Shown: piece by piece, positions 40,247 through 50,639 of the stretch
How positions within the stretch are numbered: position 1 is the stretch's first letter
Layout of the letters: each line of letters starts with the position of its first letter
Assembly (NCBI GenBank): GCA_050250895.1
Contig: JBFWNU010000008.1
Span: forward strand, 128,001 to 192,000
DNA from: Vulcanimicrobiota bacterium
GTDB lineage: Bacteria > Vulcanimicrobiota > Xenobia > Xenobiales > JADMJV01
Length of the DNA stretch: 64,000 nt
Reading direction: 5' to 3'
The notes under the pieces: generated by a model
Told to the model about the DNA's origin: nothing
Seen by the model: the letters and a program-made list of their open reading frames with translations, nothing else
The model's database searches: none
Made by a program: the position numbers and the translations under genes

Positions 40247-41647
40247 GTGAGATTTGCAATCTGGGGAGACCCTCGGCTCGGGGCTGCCCTCGAGCGTCAT
40301 GGCCCAATTTATCTCGACAGCCTGGACCAGGTCCCGTTGGACAAGACCGAAGTGCTACTCGTGTTGCCTCCCAATCGTCTGATTCGGCGGCCCGAGGGGC
40401 CTCGGCACGTGGTTAGCCTGGGGCGCCGGCCGTCGCCTGTCGGGGGGGTAGTGAGCCTGGTGACCGAGCGGCCGGGGCCTGAACTGGACGCGTTGCTGAC
40501 CGCTTTGCTCGGTTCGGAAACAGACCAGGCCCAGGACCTGCTCGCTCGCGTGGGCCACGAGATTCGTTCTCCGATGGCGATCATCGCCATGGCCTGTCAG
40601 TTAGCCCGCAGCCCCGATCTAGATAGCGAACAGCGCATCGCGCACCTGGGCTATATCGAAGAGGCTTCCAACGTGATCCAGACCTTGATCAACGACATCC
40701 TGGACTTTTCGAAGCTCGACCAGAATCGGGTCACACTGACCGAGGTCCCCTTTGACCTGCACAGCCTGGTCGAGAGCGTGGCTTATAGCCATGCTCTGCT
40801 GGTGACCAACAAGAATCTAGAGGTCTCTCATCGGATCGATCCGCAGGTCCCTCGCCAGGTCCTGGGAGACCCCGGACGTCTTCGTCAGATTCTGACCAAT
40901 CTGACCGGCAATGCCGTCAAGTTCACTTCGCAGGGCGAGGTTCGCATCGAGGTTGGGCGTCAGGGCGAATGCCTGCGCTTTTCGGTGCGTGACACCGGGA
41001 TCGGGATCGAGCCTGAGGCCCAGGAGAAGATCTTTGCTCCCTATGTTCAGGCCAACAAGTCGATCCTGGCGGAGTTCGGCGGGACCGGTCTGGGCCTGAG
41101 CATCACCCGCATGCTGGTCGAGAAGATGGGGGGCCGGGTCGGGGTAACGAGCGAGCCGGGCCGGGGCAGCACCTTCTCCTTCGCTATCCAGTTGGCCGGG
41201 GTCGAAGAGACGGTGCTGGTCGCTTCTCGGCGTTCTCTGGCCGAGACCAGGCTGTTGCTGGTGGGTCGAAGCTTTCCGGCCCAGTGGCTGGCGGCGCTCG
41301 AAGGATGGGGAGTCCACTATCGGCAGGTCTGGCGGAAAGAGCAGATTCGTCGCCATCTGAGCGAGGGCTGGGAGGTGGTGATGTTCGACCTCGAGATGGG
41401 AGGCTTTCCCTTCCTCGAAGGTTTGGTCAAGACTTGCCAGCCGGAGAGGCTCGTCGTGACCACCGCCGCCGGTCAACGTGGAGATGCCGGTCGCTGTGAA
41501 CAGATGGGGGGCAAGGCCTATCTTACCAGGCCTTTGAGCGAGCGCGAACTGCAGACGGCTCTGCAGCTGGTTCTGGATGCTCGCCTGCCGGGCTTGATCA
41601 CGCGCCACACCCTGCGCGAACTGGCCCAACCCAGTCTGGCAAACTAG
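40247..41647 (+). CDS. Hybrid histidine kinase with degenerate receiver domain
   Basis: GHEIRSPM, GDPGRLRQIL.NL.GNAVKFT, DTGIGI, GGTGLGL; C-terminal receiver-like segment. Confidence 0.88.
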   Translation: MRFAIWGDPRLGAALERHGPIYLDSLDQVPLDKTEVLLVLPPNRLIRRPEGPRHVVSLGRRPSPVGGVVSLVTERPGPELDALLTALLGSETDQAQDLLARVGHEIRSPMAIIAMACQLARSPDLDSEQRIAHLGYIEEASNVIQTLINDILDFSKLDQNRVTLTEVPFDLHSLVESVAYSHALLVTNKNLEVSHRIDPQVPRQVLGDPGRLRQILTNLTGNAVKFTSQGEVRIEVGRQGECLRFSVRDTGIGIEPEAQEKIFAPYVQANKSILAEFGGTGLGLSITRMLVEKMGGRVGVTSEPGRGSTFSFAIQLAGVEETVLVASRRSLAETRLLLVGRSFPAQWLAALEGWGVHYRQVWRKEQIRRHLSEGWEVVMFDLEMGGFPFLEGLVKTCQPERLVVTTAAGQRGDAGRCEQMGGKAYLTRPLSERELQTALQLVLDARLPGLITRHTLRELAQPSLAN

Positions 41648-41651
41648 AAAT

Positions 41652-42236
41652 CTATTTGACCCCTCGAATCAGGCCCATGAATTCGTTGCGGGTGGACTGA
41701 TTCTGGCGAAAGGTTCCGTGCATGGCGCTGGTGATGGTTGACGAGCCCTGCTTTTCGACGCCACGCATCATCATGCATAGATGATTGGCCTCCATCACGA
41801 CGGCTACGCCCAGTGGTTCGAGATGCTCGAGCAGGCAGTCGGCGATCTGTTGGGTCAGCCGTTCTTGAACCTGTAACCGTCGGGAAAAGACCTCGACGAT
41901 GCGAGCGATCTTCGACAGCCCTACGATCTTGCGGTCGGGGATATAACCGACATGGGCCGTGCCGATGAAAGGCAGCATGTGATGCTCGCACAGACTGTAG
42001 AACTCGATGCCTCGAACCAGGACGATCTCCTGACTCTCGGCCTCGAACAAAGCGTCACCGATAATGTCGGCCGGATTCTCGCTGTAGCCTTTGGTGAGGA
42101 AGGCCAGGGCCGAGGCCATCCGGGCAGGGGTCTTGATCAGACCCTCGCGTTCGGGGTTCTCACCCAGTTCCAGCAGCAGGCCGCGAGTCAGCCCCTCGAG
42201 GCGCTCGTTACCGGTTTCGGCATCGTCGTAAAGCAT
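41652..42236 (-). CDS. folE: GTP cyclohydrolase I
   Basis: [36 protein letters not shown]. Confidence 0.97.
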   Translation of the reverse strand: MLYDDAETGNERLEGLTRGLLLELGENPEREGLIKTPARMASALAFLTKGYSENPADIIGDALFEAESQEIVLVRGIEFYSLCEHHMLPFIGTAHVGYIPDRKIVGLSKIARIVEVFSRRLQVQERLTQQIADCLLEHLEPLGVAVVMEANHLCMMMRGVEKQGSSTITSAMHGTFRQNQSTRNEFMGLIRGVK

Positions 42237-42715
42237 TACTGGTCGACCACCGTCGGGGTGACCACCACTCCGTCCTCGTCGGCATAGAGGTGGGCCCCCG
42301 GGCTGAACTCCACGCCAGCCATGCGCACCACCACCTCACGCTGCCCCTCGCCGCGCTTGACACTCTTGCGCGGCATGCTAGCCAGGGCCTTGATGCCCAC
42401 TGCGATGCCTTTCAGGATTCGGGTGTCTCGCACTGCCCCGAAGATGACCAGGCCGGCCCAGCCGTTCTGCTGGGCCAGTCCAGCCAGGCGATCGCCGAGC
42501 AGGGCGCAGCGCAGCGAACCCCCCCCGTCAACCACCAGCACCCGTCCCTGACCGGGCTCGCTCACGGCCTCGGCTATCAACGAGTTGTCCTCGTGGCATT
42601 TGATCGTCGAGATGGGCCCACAAAAGGCGGCCACACCGCCATAATCGTGGAAAATAGGGTAGGCTACCTGGAACTCGCGGTTCTCCTGGTCACACAGATC
42701 TGCAGTGGCAATCAT
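42236..42715 (-). CDS. rraA: RraA/MenG family protein
   Basis: [35 protein letters not shown]. Confidence 0.9.
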   Translation of the reverse strand: MIATADLCDQENREFQVAYPIFHDYGGVAAFCGPISTIKCHEDNSLIAEAVSEPGQGRVLVVDGGGSLRCALLGDRLAGLAQQNGWAGLVIFGAVRDTRILKGIAVGIKALASMPRKSVKRGEGQREVVVRMAGVEFSPGAHLYADEDGVVVTPTVVDQ

Positions 42716-42823
42716 GAGCGAGCCTTCTCTTGCTCGCCAGGGGTCCCTGCCAACGCAACTCGTTTGCAACCCGCGGGGAGGAGGATGGCTGCCAATGGGC
42801 AACTTCAACGGCCAGGAGGGCTT

Positions 42824-44395
42824 ATGGCAGAAGTGAAGATCGTGGGGGCGATGGAGGCCGGCTTCGAGGAGATCCTTACCCCTGAAGCGGTGGCCTTCGT
42901 AGCCGGACTGGCTCGAGAGTTCGCCGAGCGACGCCGCCAACTGCTAGAAGCTCGACAAGAGGTTCAGAAGGCTCTCGACGACGGCCTGGTGTTAGACTTT
43001 CCCGGTGAGACCGCCCAGGTGCGCGCTGGCGACTGGAAGGTGGCGGCCATTCCCGCCGACTTGCAGGACCGTCGCGTCGAGATCACCGGTCCGGTGGACC
43101 GCAAGATGGTCATCAATGCGCTCAACTCGGGGGCCCAGGTGTTCATGGCCGATTTTGAAGACTCGAACTCGCCCACCTGGTCCAACAATCTTCACGGCCA
43201 ACTCAATCTGCGCGATGCCGCTCGAGGCACCATTGCTTTCACCAGCCCGGAAGGCAAGCGGTACCAGCTCGCCGAGCAGCGGGCCGTGCTCATGGTGCGC
43301 CCCCGCGGTTGGCATCTGGTCGAGAAGGGTTTCGAGGTCGACGGCCAACCGATCTCCGGCTCATTGTTCGATTTCGGCCTCTACTTTTTCCATAACGCCA
43401 GGACTTTGCTCGAGAACGGTACGGGGCCCTACTTCTATCTGCCCAAGCTCGAACACTATCTCGAGGCCCGTCTCTGGAACGACGTCTTCGTCCACGCCCA
43501 GAAGGCCCTCGGCATTCCTCCAGGCAGTATCCGGGCCACCGTGCTCATCGAGACCATCACGGCCGCCTTCCAGATGGACGAGATCCTGTATGAGTTGCGC
43601 GACCACTCGGCCGGTCTCAACTGCGGCCGCTGGGACTACATCTTCAGTTTCATCAAGAAGCACCGCTGGCGGGCCGATTTCGTCGTGCCCAATCGAGCTC
43701 AGGTCGGCATGACGGCTCACTTCCTCCACTCCTACGTCGAGCTGTTGATCCAGACGTGCCATCGCCGCGGCATTCACGCCATGGGCGGCATGGCCGCTCA
43801 GATCCCCATCAAGAACGACCCGGCCGCCAATCAGGCCGCCCTCGACAAAGTGCGCCAGGACAAGTTGCGTGAAGTCAAGGCCGGCCACGACGGCACCTGG
43901 GTCGCTCACCCCGGTCTCATACCGGTAGCCCGCGAGGTCTTCGACGCGCACATGCCCGCGGCCAATCAGATCGACAACAAGCGCGAAGAGGTTTCGGTCA
44001 CGGCCGCCGACCTCTTGAAAGTACCGCCGGGCACCATCACCGAAGAGGGCGTGCGTCTCAACCTGGATGTGGGCGTCCAATATCTCGAAGCCTGGTTGGG
44101 CGGCAACGGCTGTGTGCCGATATACAACCTGATGGAGGACGCCGCCACCGCCGAGATCTCACGCAGTCAGGTGTGGCAGTGGCTGCGCCACAAAGCTCGC
44201 CTCGAGGACGGCCGCGAGGTGACGCCCGACCTGGTCAAAGAGTTGCTCGGGTCTATCTTAGACGGATTCAAAGAACAGTCCCCGCAGCGTTTTGCCCAGG
44301 GGCACTATGAATTAGCCGCGAAGCTGTTCCTGGAGATGATGTTATCCGACAACTTCTCCGAGTTCCTGACGCTAGTGGCCTACGAATATATCTAG
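42824..44395 (+). CDS. aceB: Malate synthase A
   Basis: [53 protein letters not shown]; AGGAGG RBS. Confidence 0.96.
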   Translation: MAEVKIVGAMEAGFEEILTPEAVAFVAGLAREFAERRRQLLEARQEVQKALDDGLVLDFPGETAQVRAGDWKVAAIPADLQDRRVEITGPVDRKMVINALNSGAQVFMADFEDSNSPTWSNNLHGQLNLRDAARGTIAFTSPEGKRYQLAEQRAVLMVRPRGWHLVEKGFEVDGQPISGSLFDFGLYFFHNARTLLENGTGPYFYLPKLEHYLEARLWNDVFVHAQKALGIPPGSIRATVLIETITAAFQMDEILYELRDHSAGLNCGRWDYIFSFIKKHRWRADFVVPNRAQVGMTAHFLHSYVELLIQTCHRRGIHAMGGMAAQIPIKNDPAANQAALDKVRQDKLREVKAGHDGTWVAHPGLIPVAREVFDAHMPAANQIDNKREEVSVTAADLLKVPPGTITEEGVRLNLDVGVQYLEAWLGGNGCVPIYNLMEDAATAEISRSQVWQWLRHKARLEDGREVTPDLVKELLGSILDGFKEQSPQRFAQGHYELAAKLFLEMMLSDNFSEFLTLVAYEYI

Positions 44396-44415
44396 AAAGG
44401 CGCTATTCAAGCGAG

Positions 44416-45696
44416 ATGAGTAAGCAAGAATTTATCCGAAACCTGGAAGCCCGCTGGCAAAGCGAGGCTCGCTGGAAAGGCATCCAGCGCCCCTATTCGG
44501 CCGAGGACGTCTGGCGTTTGCGCGGCTCGTTCGAGATCGAATACACCCTGGCCAAGATGGGTGCCGACCGACTCTGGAAGTTACTCCATAGCGAAGACTA
44601 CGTCAATGTGCTTTCGGCCGTGACCGGCAATCAGGCCATCCAGGAAGTGCAGGCCGGCCTGAAGGCCATTTATGTCAGTGGCTGGCAGGTGGCTGGCGAT
44701 ATGAACAACGCCATGCACATGTACCCGGACCAAAGCCTCTATCCCAGCAACAGTGTGCCCTTCCTGATCCGCCGCATCAACAATTCGCTGATGCGGGCCG
44801 ACCAGATCCACCACCTGGGTGGCGACACCTCGGTTCACTGGATGGCTCCCATCGTAGCCGACGCTGAAGCTGGTTTCGGTGGTCCCTTGCACGCCTTCGA
44901 GATCATGAAGGATATGATCGAAAATGGCGTAGCCGGTGTGCACTTTGAAGACCAGTTGGCCTCGGTCAAAAAATGCGGCCACCTGGGCGGCAAGGTGCTG
45001 GTGCCCACCCGCGAATTCGTGACCAAGCTCGTGGCTGCTCGCCTGGCCGCCGACGTCTGCGGCGTGGACACCATTCTCATTGCTCGCACGGATGCCGATA
45101 GCGCCGGTCTGCTAACCTCGGATGTCGACCCCTACGACCACGACTATATCACCAGTCAAGAGCGCACTCACGAGGGCTTCTTCCCAGTCAAGCCCGGAGT
45201 CGAGCAGGCCATCGCTCGCGGCCTGGCCTATGCTCCCTTCGCCGACCTGCTGTGGATGGAGACCTCGCACCCTGACCTCGGTCAGGCCCAGCAGTTCGCT
45301 GACGCCATCCACGCCAAATTCCCCGGGAAGATGCTGGCCTATAACTGCTCGCCGTCGTTCAACTGGCGCCTCAAGCTCTCTGAAGCCGAGTGCGAAGCCT
45401 TCCAGCGCGAGATCGGCAAGATGGGCTACAAGTTCCAGTTCGTCACTCTGTCGGCGTTCCACCAGCTCAACTACGGCATGTTCCGTCTGGCCCAGGGCTA
45501 CAAGGCCCGCGGCATGGCTGCCTACGCCGAGCTGCAGACGGCCGAGTTCGAAGCCGAGAAAGACGGCTACGAAGCCATTCGCCACCAACAGTTTGTGGGT
45601 ACCGGATATTTCGACGCCGTCACCGAGGTGGCCACCGGTGGCCAATCCTCGACCACGGCCATGGCCGGTTCGACCGAGGCCGAACAGTTTCACTAG
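44416..45696 (+). CDS. aceA: Isocitrate lyase
   Basis: [11 protein letters not shown] catalytic signature, [20 protein letters not shown]. Confidence 0.97.
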   Translation: MSKQEFIRNLEARWQSEARWKGIQRPYSAEDVWRLRGSFEIEYTLAKMGADRLWKLLHSEDYVNVLSAVTGNQAIQEVQAGLKAIYVSGWQVAGDMNNAMHMYPDQSLYPSNSVPFLIRRINNSLMRADQIHHLGGDTSVHWMAPIVADAEAGFGGPLHAFEIMKDMIENGVAGVHFEDQLASVKKCGHLGGKVLVPTREFVTKLVAARLAADVCGVDTILIARTDADSAGLLTSDVDPYDHDYITSQERTHEGFFPVKPGVEQAIARGLAYAPFADLLWMETSHPDLGQAQQFADAIHAKFPGKMLAYNCSPSFNWRLKLSEAECEAFQREIGKMGYKFQFVTLSAFHQLNYGMFRLAQGYKARGMAAYAELQTAEFEAEKDGYEAIRHQQFVGTGYFDAVTEVATGGQSSTTAMAGSTEAEQFH

Positions 45697-46161
45697 GCGC
45701 TCGCTTCGCTCGCGCCGGGGAGCTGCGACGGCTTTGCCGTCGAGAAAGGAGCTGCGACGGCTTTGCCGTCGAGAAAGGAGCGCCGGCTGCGCCGTCGAGA
45801 GGGGAGCCGGGCTGCGCCCGGAGATGGGAGCGCTGGCTTCGCTTGCGCTCGCCAGCGAGGACGGCTTCGCCGTCGGCAGCCAGGCCCTTCGTGGCCGAAG
45901 GCCATCGAAGGTTTGCGGCCGCAGGCCGCCTATCTAATCCCTCGAAACGAGCGACAGCGAGTTTCGCTCCTATCTCGGAGCTTGCTCCGCTCCCATCTCA
46001 AGCCGAAGGCTGCTCCTTTCTCGGCCACGCAGTGGCCGCTTCCTTCTCGCGAGCAACGCGAGCGTCGGCTCCTTTCTCAGCCACGCAGTGGCCGCTCCCT
46101 TCTCGCGAGCGTAGCGAGCGTTGCTCCTTTTCTCGGCCACGCAGTGGCCGCTCCCTACTCG
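45697..46161. repeat. Branched palindromic element A: GGAGC-hairpin-GAGA array facing a TCTC-hairpin-GCTCC array
   Basis: About 5 left and 8 right modules around a central tatctaatcc; includes a 29-bp tandem at 45719-45776. Confidence 0.85.
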
Positions 46162-46536
46162 CTACTGGGCCTGAGGTTCTGCCAAGAGTCTGCGACTCAG
46201 GCCTGTCAAGATGCGTCGCATCTCGGCGATGCAGCCCATCACTTGCTTGAGGTCTTCGGGACGCAGATACTCGAGCTTCAAGCTAATCAGAAACAGAGTT
46301 TCCACCTCGGCCAGACTTCCCCGCGCGACTCCCACATGGTAAGCGAAGGTGCGAACGGATTCGCGCGCCTGCCCCTCGGCGAGGTTGGCGACGATGGAGA
46401 CACTAGCTCGACGAAGTTGGCTTGTCAGGCCAAACTGTTCATTGCTCGGGAGGCGGCTTGTCAGTCGATAGACGAGCGGAACGAATTCCATTCCCTTTTG
46501 CCAGGCTGCGAGTTGTTTGTATGGTAAATGATGCAT
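46162..46536 (-). CDS. Four-helix-bundle protein (23S rRNA IVP/Avd-like)
   Basis: YKQLAAWQK, P.NEQFGLTSQLRRASVSIVANLAEG, ARGSLAEVET family signature. Confidence 0.9.
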   Translation of the reverse strand: MHHLPYKQLAAWQKGMEFVPLVYRLTSRLPSNEQFGLTSQLRRASVSIVANLAEGQARESVRTFAYHVGVARGSLAEVETLFLISLKLEYLRPEDLKQVMGCIAEMRRILTGLSRRLLAEPQAQ

Positions 46537-46585
46537 CGAGGCTTCTTCGACCCGACGTTTGCCGCTCCCGTCGAACGAATGTCCA

Positions 46586-47008
46586 GAGCGACGGCTTTGC
46601 CGAGGATCGCCGGCTGCGCCGTCGAGACAGGAGCGCTCGCTGCGCTCGCGAGATGGGAGCGCTGGCTTCGCTTGCGCTCGCCAGCGAGGAGGGAGCGCCG
46701 GCTGCGCCGTCGAGACAGGAGCCGGGCTGCGCCCGGAGATGGGAGCACTGGCCTCGCTTGCGCTCGCCAGCGAGGACGGCTTCGCCGTCGAAGGTTTGCG
46801 GCCGCAGGCCGCCTATCTAATCCCTCGAAACGAGCGACAGCGAGTTTCGCTCCCATCTCGGAGCTCTGCTCCGGTCCCATCTCCGGCCGAAGGCCGGCTC
46901 CTTTCTCGGCCACGCAGTGGCCGCTCCCTTCTCGCGAGCGTAGCGAGCGTTGCTCCTTTCTCGGCCACGCAGTGGCCGCTCCCCTTCTCGCGAGCGTAGC
47001 GAGCGAAC
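46586..47008. repeat. Branched palindromic element B, a direct-orientation relative of element A
   Basis: Shares long near-identical blocks with A (46692 onward matches 45777 onward; centre 46814 matches 45931). Confidence 0.85.
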
Positions 47009-47089
47009 ATGGCCCGAACGGGTGATTGGCAGGCCAGGGTGCCTCCCGTATGCTTGAAAGCAAATCTACCCTTGGGAGGCGCATTTCCT

Positions 47090-48322
47090 ATGGAAAGCGG
47101 ACACATCGCCTGGATGCTCTTGAGCACAGCGCTGGTGTTGTTGATGACGCCCGGTCTGGCCTTTTTCTACGGCGGGCTGGTGCGGTCCAAGAACACCCTT
47201 AACACCATGATGATGAGCTTCGCGGCGCTGGGTGTCATCGGGATTACCTGGGCGTTGGTCGGCTACAGTCTGGCCTTCGGTGGGGCCGGAAAGTGGCTCG
47301 GCGGAGGCGCCCATCTGCTCTTGCAGGGCGTTGACCTGCAAGCAAAAGGCTCCATTCCGCACCTATTGTTCATGGCTTTCCAGGGAACCTTCGCGGTGAT
47401 CACCGCAGCTCTCATTTCGGGCGCCATTGTGGGCAGGATGCGGTTTGCCCCGTACCTGGCCTTCATCACGCTGTGGAGTCTGCTGGTTTATGCTCCGCTT
47501 TGCCACTGGGTATGGGGTGAAGGTGGCTGGTTGGCCGGCCTGGGAGCCCTCGATTTCGCGGGCGGCACGGTGGTTCACATCAACGCCGGTGTAGCCGCTC
47601 TGGTATTGGCGCTGGTGTTGGGCCCCCGCAGCGAGCACGGGCGCCTGGCCATGCTCGCTCACAACGTTCCCTTCGTGATTCTCGGTTCGGCTATGCTGTG
47701 GTTCGGATGGTTCGGTTTCAACGGCGGCAGCGCCCTCGAGGCCAACGAACAGGGCGTGCTGGCTTTCGTCAACACCATGCTGGCTCCGATGGCAACCCTG
47801 GTGGTCTGGATGCTCACCGACCTGGTGCGTGATCACCGCGCCAATGCGGTGGGGGCGGCCACGGCGGTGGTGGTCGGATTGGTGGCCATTACCCCGGCGG
47901 CCGGGTTCGTGTCGCCTCTGTCAGCCATCCTGATCGGCGCTATTGCAACCTTCCCCAGCTATATTGCTATCCAGATGAAGCACAAATGGGCCCTCGATGA
48001 CTCGCTCGATGTGTTCGCTGGCCACGGGCTCGGTGGTATCGTAGGGGCAATGCTGACCGGTGTTTTTGCTAACTCGGCGTGGGGCGGCTCGGCGATGGGC
48101 GGGTTTACCCAGGTCGGCATCCAGTTCGCGGCCGTGCTGGCTGCCGCGGCTTACAGCGCTATCGCGTCGTTTGCCCTGATCAAGCTGGTAGGGGCCTTCA
48201 TGGCCTTGCGTCCTCAGGTTCAGGAAGAGGGTCTGGGACTCGACATCTCTCAGCACGGCGAAGAGGCCTACTCGACCGGCGAGGGCGCTATTCTCATTCT
48301 CTCTCGGAAAAAGGCCGGTTAG
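47090..48322 (+). CDS. amtB: Ammonium transporter
   Basis: LMTPGLAFFYGGLVR, DFAGGTVVHINAG, WFGWFGFNGGS, DDSLDVFAGHG. Confidence 0.96.
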   Translation: MESGHIAWMLLSTALVLLMTPGLAFFYGGLVRSKNTLNTMMMSFAALGVIGITWALVGYSLAFGGAGKWLGGGAHLLLQGVDLQAKGSIPHLLFMAFQGTFAVITAALISGAIVGRMRFAPYLAFITLWSLLVYAPLCHWVWGEGGWLAGLGALDFAGGTVVHINAGVAALVLALVLGPRSEHGRLAMLAHNVPFVILGSAMLWFGWFGFNGGSALEANEQGVLAFVNTMLAPMATLVVWMLTDLVRDHRANAVGAATAVVVGLVAITPAAGFVSPLSAILIGAIATFPSYIAIQMKHKWALDDSLDVFAGHGLGGIVGAMLTGVFANSAWGGSAMGGFTQVGIQFAAVLAAAAYSAIASFALIKLVGAFMALRPQVQEEGLGLDISQHGEEAYSTGEGAILILSRKKAG

Positions 48323-48328
48323 GAATCT

Positions 48329-48685
48329 ATGAAGATGATTGTCGCAATAATCCGACCCGAGCAGTTGCCAGATGTCATGGAGGCGCTGTTCGAGGCTAAG
48401 GTGAGGGGGATCACGGTCAGCCGGGTCCAGGGCCATGGTGGCGAGACCGAACATGTCGAGACCTACCGCGGCAGCAGTGTGCGCGTGGGTCTGCACGAGA
48501 AGATCAAACTCGAGATCGGCGTTTCGGAGAGTTTCGTCGAGCCAACGGTCCAGGCTATTCTCAAGGCCGCACGCACAGGCCAGGTCGGAGATGGAAAGAT
48601 CTTCGTCTTGCCGGTCGAGCGGGTCTATCGCATCCGAACCGGGGAAGAGGACGAAGCAGCCGTGACTCCGGTTCCTGTTTGTTAA
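48329..48685 (+). CDS. glnK: PII nitrogen regulatory protein
   Basis: MKMIVAIIRP, T-loop YRG, TGQVGDGKIFV, RIRTGE; directly downstream of amtB. Confidence 0.9.
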   Translation: MKMIVAIIRPEQLPDVMEALFEAKVRGITVSRVQGHGGETEHVETYRGSSVRVGLHEKIKLEIGVSESFVEPTVQAILKAARTGQVGDGKIFVLPVERVYRIRTGEEDEAAVTPVPVC

Positions 48686-48815
48686 CGGGATAGGCCTTTT
48701 TGTCAACATTTCGACGCCCTGTTCGAAGCTACGAACAGGAGTCTAGACAGCTCATGTCATTTTGGAATAGTCTCAACTCGCTCAGCTCGATTCTAGCGAA
48801 TTTGGAACGGCCAAA

Positions 48816-49382
48816 ATGTCAGCGATTCAACTGGAACGGCGCCGCGTTCGGCGTCTGAACGACTCTCGGGAAGCTCATCTTTATATCGAAAATCGGCGCT
48901 ATCCCTGTCGCCTGCTGGATTGGAGCCGACTGGGAGCCCGCCTGGCGGTGGACCGTCAAGTAGCGTGCGGACAGCGAGTTGGCATTACCGGCATCCCGGG
49001 ACAGTCACGATTCGCCGGTCGTCGTCTGGCTGGTCGTATCGCCTGGGCGGCGCCACAGGAGGTGGGTCTGGTGTTTGACGATCTGAGCGAAAAGATCAAA
49101 GTGACGCTGTTTAGTCCTTTCAGCTTGCGTCCTCGTGGCTCGGCCACTCTGATCGAACTGAGCGAACAGCGCATGGCACTGGTCAGCAACCACGCCTTCC
49201 AGCTGGGTGATTGCCCGCGGGTGGTGCTGGGACCGATGCCCGGGGCTGAACTGCTCGAGGTCATAGGTCGCGTCGAAGGCTGTCTGCGCCAGTCACGTCA
49301 GACCTGGCTCTATCACTTGAGCCTGGGCCGTTTGCCCGTGGGCAAGCTCGAACGCCTCCATCTCTATCGCTCGATGCTGTAG
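48816..49382 (+). CDS. PilZ-domain protein, probably tandem domains
   Basis: ERRRVRR (RxxxR) and DWSRLG (DxSxxG); second ELSEQR repeat. Confidence 0.7.
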   Translation: MSAIQLERRRVRRLNDSREAHLYIENRRYPCRLLDWSRLGARLAVDRQVACGQRVGITGIPGQSRFAGRRLAGRIAWAAPQEVGLVFDDLSEKIKVTLFSPFSLRPRGSATLIELSEQRMALVSNHAFQLGDCPRVVLGPMPGAELLEVIGRVEGCLRQSRQTWLYHLSLGRLPVGKLERLHLYRSML

Positions 49383-50563
49383 CGTTTTTCTTCCAGCAGT
49401 CGCTGTTGGCGTCGAGCCTCCTGGGGTTGGCCTGTGACCTGATACAGGCGGCTCAACTGCTCGTGTACATCCAGGCTGCTGTAGCGGTCTTCCAGCAGCG
49501 CCAGAGCCCGTTGGAGCGCCTCTTCCGCCCGGTCGGGCTGACCGTCGTGCCAACACGAGATGCCGAGCCGAAAGAGGATCTCTCCGCGTTCGGGCTCGAG
49601 TTCAAGCACCTGTTCAAAGCTCTCGATGGATTTGGAGTAAGAGCCGGTTTCCATCTGGCTTTCTCCCAGCAAGGCCAAGAGGCGGGCTCGCTCGAGGGGG
49701 CTGAGCGCCTCCCCCAGCAACGACGCGAGCTCTTCGCCGGCTTCATAATGGCGCTCCAGTCGCGAGAGGGCCAGGCTGCGGAGGTAGCGCTCGTTGAGCG
49801 TGCAAGGTGGCTCCAGCAGTTCCATGGCCTCGGCCGGCTGGTTTCGTGCCAACCAGCGAGCAGCCAGATCGGCTCTGGTGGCCTCGGGGGTCGGGTCGGG
49901 CAATTCGCGTCCGGTCAGTTGAAGGGCCAGAAAGGTCCCGAGGTGGGCTTTGTCGGCCGGTGTATAGCCTCCCCGAACCGAAGTGGCTACCGTCACCACG
50001 TCAGGGCGATAAAGGCTCAGGCGGTTGGCGACCACGGCCGGGCTCTGCCAGAGTCGGTCATCCTCCAGGCCGATGAAGTAGTCGACATCGATATCGATGG
50101 CCAGCGGAGCCCCCAGAGGCGGCAGTCGTTCCAGGGTGCAGACGGTCAGTCGTCGCCCGCAGAGCCTTCCTTCCACCCGGCCGTTCGCGGCGCGCAGGCT
50201 GGCGTAGTCCTCCAGTTGCACATCCAGCCAAAGATGCAGTTCCGTTCTCAGCCAGGCTAGCAGGTCGGGGTCGGGCAGCCACTCGGGAACGACCCAGATC
50301 AGGTGGCCAACCGTGCCGTCGTGCAGGGCCGGGTAGAGAAAGTTGCCGCAATGCAGTCCCGACCAGGGGCGCTCGGGCGAGCTGCGAAAACGATGGAGTT
50401 CGTGGGGGGGGCAGTCAACCAGCGAAGCCAGGGTCGAGGGGGCCAGGGTCTCGTCGGCTACGTCCAGGTGGGCATCCAGGTGCAGGCAGGTCAACCCCTT
50501 CAGGCCTGCCTCTCGCCAGCAGAGGAACGCTTCGCTGTGGTCGTCCATCAACCGCGCTATCAC
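49364..50563 (-). CDS. UPF0489-like (arginase/deacetylase fold) protein with TPR tail
   Basis: DDHSEAF, LHLDAHLD, IDIDVDYF, GGYTP; C-terminal TPRs; start uncertain. Confidence 0.7.
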   Translation of the reverse strand: MIARLMDDHSEAFLCWREAGLKGLTCLHLDAHLDVADETLAPSTLASLVDCPPHELHRFRSSPERPWSGLHCGNFLYPALHDGTVGHLIWVVPEWLPDPDLLAWLRTELHLWLDVQLEDYASLRAANGRVEGRLCGRRLTVCTLERLPPLGAPLAIDIDVDYFIGLEDDRLWQSPAVVANRLSLYRPDVVTVATSVRGGYTPADKAHLGTFLALQLTGRELPDPTPEATRADLAARWLARNQPAEAMELLEPPCTLNERYLRSLALSRLERHYEAGEELASLLGEALSPLERARLLALLGESQMETGSYSKSIESFEQVLELEPERGEILFRLGISCWHDGQPDRAEEALQRALALLEDRYSSLDVHEQLSRLYQVTGQPQEARRQQRLLEEKRYSIER

Positions 50564-50639
50564 GGTAGGAGACTTTCGCAGGGGGCTGGTTGGCTGCCTG
50601 CTGCCAGGATGGTCGGCCCCGGGCTCGAATGCAGGTTCG

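Noticed and set aside
46162-46536. 23S rRNA intervening sequence
   Set aside because: No rRNA sequence flanks the gene.
45697-47008. Complete diversity-generating retroelement
   Set aside because: No reverse transcriptase in the window, and A/B differences are not adenine-specific or within a target gene.
47009-47089. sigma54 promoter for amtB
   Set aside because: TGGC candidates do not give the GG-N10-GC spacing.
45390-47127. Overlapping Arg/Ala-rich ORFs across elements A and B (and 34285-35081 across element C)
   Set aside because: They are translations of stop-poor GC-rich repeats; only the four-helix-bundle ORF has a family signature.
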